From: Candidatus Fermentibacteraceae bacterium
GTDB taxonomy: Bacteria > Fermentibacterota > Fermentibacteria > Fermentibacterales > JCC-6
Reading direction: 5' to 3'
Assembly (NCBI GenBank): GCA_041750285.1
Contig: JBGSZS010000021.1
Span: 1-64,000 of the forward strand
DNA length: 64,000 nt
Shown: positions 62,600-64,000 of the stretch, piece after piece
How positions within the stretch are numbered: the stretch's first letter is position 1
Layout: the number at the start of each line of letters is the position of its first letter
The notes under the pieces: model-generated
Told to the model about the DNA's origin: nothing
Database searches by the model: none
Seen by the model: the letters and a program-made list of their open reading frames with translations, nothing else
Translations under genes and position numbers: made by a program

Positions 62600-63808
62600 G
62601 TGCAGCCTCTTAGGCTTCATTCCCTGACACTGGCCTTCACCGGCGAGTGGGCCCTGTTGGAAGGACAGTTCCGTGCGGACGACTTCAGAACCGCACTTCC
62701 ACGGATAAGAGTCTCCACGGTCCTGCTGGTGGTCATCTTCGCGCTGTTCGCACTGCTCGACCACTACATCGACCCGGAAAGCGCGCGCGGGTTCCTCCTG
62801 ATCCGGTTCGGACTGATAACACCCGCAGCGCTCGCATTCCTTCTGCTCTCCTGGACGAAGTGGTTTGAAAAGGTCTACCAGCCTATGGCGGCGCTCATCA
62901 TGACATTGGGGGCCTTCGGGGTCATGTACATGATGGCCTTCGGGAATCAGGCCGTCAGGTCATCACACCAGACGGGGCTTCTCCTTGTGATAGTGAGCCT
63001 TTTCGTCTTTCTCGGGCTGCGGTTCATATGGGCGCTCGCGGGGTGGATACCCATCTTCGCCGGGTTCATCCTGGTGAACCATTTCCACTCCGCATCACCG
63101 GAGGTCCTGAGGGCGGTCAGCACCTTTCTGTTCCTTAGCATCAGCGTCGTCTGCTTCGAGGTGTGCAGAAGGCTGGAGCTGTCCAGAAGAAGGAACTTCG
63201 CACTTCAGTGGAGCCTCTCACTCGAAAAGGCGATGGTCGCCGCATCGAACACGAACCTCGAGAAGCGGATAGACGAGAGGACGAGGGAGCTTCTCCATGC
63301 CAACCAGGTGCTGAGGGACGAGATGAACAGGACCGAAAGGCTGTTCCAGGAGAAGAGCATGCTCCAGGCCCGTCTGTACCACTCGGAGAAGACGGGGCCG
63401 GAAGTTCCAGAAGCTGTTGTTGCGGCGGATTCCGGCGGAACGGAAACGATCCTTCTCGTCGAGGCCGATGAAACGGTCCGTTCCATCGCCGGCAAGACGC
63501 TTGCGTCACTCGGCTACCAAGTCCTGTCCGCCTCAGGCGAACAACAGGCCCTCGACCTTTCCACACGGTTCGAGGGGAACATCGATCTGCTCCTGGTGGA
63601 TGTTGTCATGCCCCTCCCGGGAGGACAGGCACTGGCCGGACGACTCATGGAGAAAAGACCCGGGATGAAGGTTCTGTTCACTTCGGGATACTCCGCAGAC
63701 ATGGTTCCGAAACAGGGAGTTCTATCACAGGGAGCCCATTTCATTGACAGACCCCGCAGCACCGCGGAGCTGGCGAAGCGCATGCGCGAAGTGCTGGAGG
63801 AAGGATGA
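62600..63808 (+). CDS. Multi-TM membrane sensor, coiled coil and receiver domain, lacking histidine kinase core
   Basis: About 6 TM; LEKRIDERTREL S-helix; GTETILLVE, IDLLLVDVVMP, KVLFTSGY receiver motifs. Confidence 0.8.
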   Translation: MQPLRLHSLTLAFTGEWALLEGQFRADDFRTALPRIRVSTVLLVVIFALFALLDHYIDPESARGFLLIRFGLITPAALAFLLLSWTKWFEKVYQPMAALIMTLGAFGVMYMMAFGNQAVRSSHQTGLLLVIVSLFVFLGLRFIWALAGWIPIFAGFILVNHFHSASPEVLRAVSTFLFLSISVVCFEVCRRLELSRRRNFALQWSLSLEKAMVAASNTNLEKRIDERTRELLHANQVLRDEMNRTERLFQEKSMLQARLYHSEKTGPEVPEAVVAADSGGTETILLVEADETVRSIAGKTLASLGYQVLSASGEQQALDLSTRFEGNIDLLLVDVVMPLPGGQALAGRLMEKRPGMKVLFTSGYSADMVPKQGVLSQGAHFIDRPRSTAELAKRMREVLEEG

Positions 63809-64000
63809 AGGAACCGACCCCCGACTACCGCAGACTGGAGCGGGTTCTGCAGGTGGACGGCGTTCTCAGTGAGATAGGCGATCTCGACATCCTGCTCGAA
63901 AAAGTCCTTCTCGAGGCCAGACTTGCCACGGGAGCCGATGCCGGCTCCGTGTACACGATGGAAGGCGACACGCTCTACTTCCGGCACGCCCAGAACGACA
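63805..64000 (+). CDS. GAF-domain protein (probably an HD-GYP-type signalling enzyme), 3'-truncated by window edge
   Basis: MKEPTPDYRRLERVLQVDGVLSEIGDLDILLEKVLLEARLATGADAGSVYTMEGDTLYFRHAQND; ATGA-coupled. Confidence 0.7.
   Translation, partial: MKEPTPDYRRLERVLQVDGVLSEIGDLDILLEKVLLEARLATGADAGSVYTMEGDTLYFRHAQND

Overview
64-kb window spanning the chromosomal replication origin of a GC-rich (roughly 60% by eye), anaerobic, probably amino-acid-fermenting diderm bacterium. The lineage cannot be fixed from sequence alone; long-form GreA, a V-type ATPase and IorAB/Ptb/Buk would fit an FCB/PVC-related candidate lineage such as Fermentibacterota (inference). Left to right: the end of a surface-polysaccharide cluster (GT2, GT4, Wzy/WaaL-like, Wzz-like, MurJ); a minus-strand long greA, Zn-ribbon and GT-like operon; a Tat-exported split-barrel protein, HAD and tRNA-thiolase genes; an Rrf2, ferredoxin and hcp operon with a clear palindromic operator; a DUF1611-like gene; a coupled operon (heterodimeric ABC exporter, M29 aminopeptidase, two radical SAM proteins) preceded by a 9-codon leader ORF; an orphan lipoprotein with an AT-rich patch; a complete Na+-type V/A-ATPase operon; bactofilin with an M23-less partner; asparaginase; a 1184-aa orphan coupled to gyrA; gyrA-gyrB-dciA-dnaN-oriC-dnaA; rpmH-rnpA-yidD-yidC-mnmE-mnmG-rsmG-parA-parB with two parS sites overprinted on coding sequence; a ferredoxin; four minus-strand genes; ptb-buk-iorAB-cupin; a membrane sensor-receiver that appears to have lost its whole kinase core; and the start of a GAF protein. 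I saw no mobile elements, CRISPR arrays, tRNAs or rRNAs. The window is mostly core genome. The best novelty candidates are the gyrA-coupled orphan, the kinase-less sensor-receiver, the putative leader-peptide attenuator, the M23-less bactofilin partner and DnaA boxes in the V-ATPase promoter. All family calls come from motif recognition by eye, not database searches.
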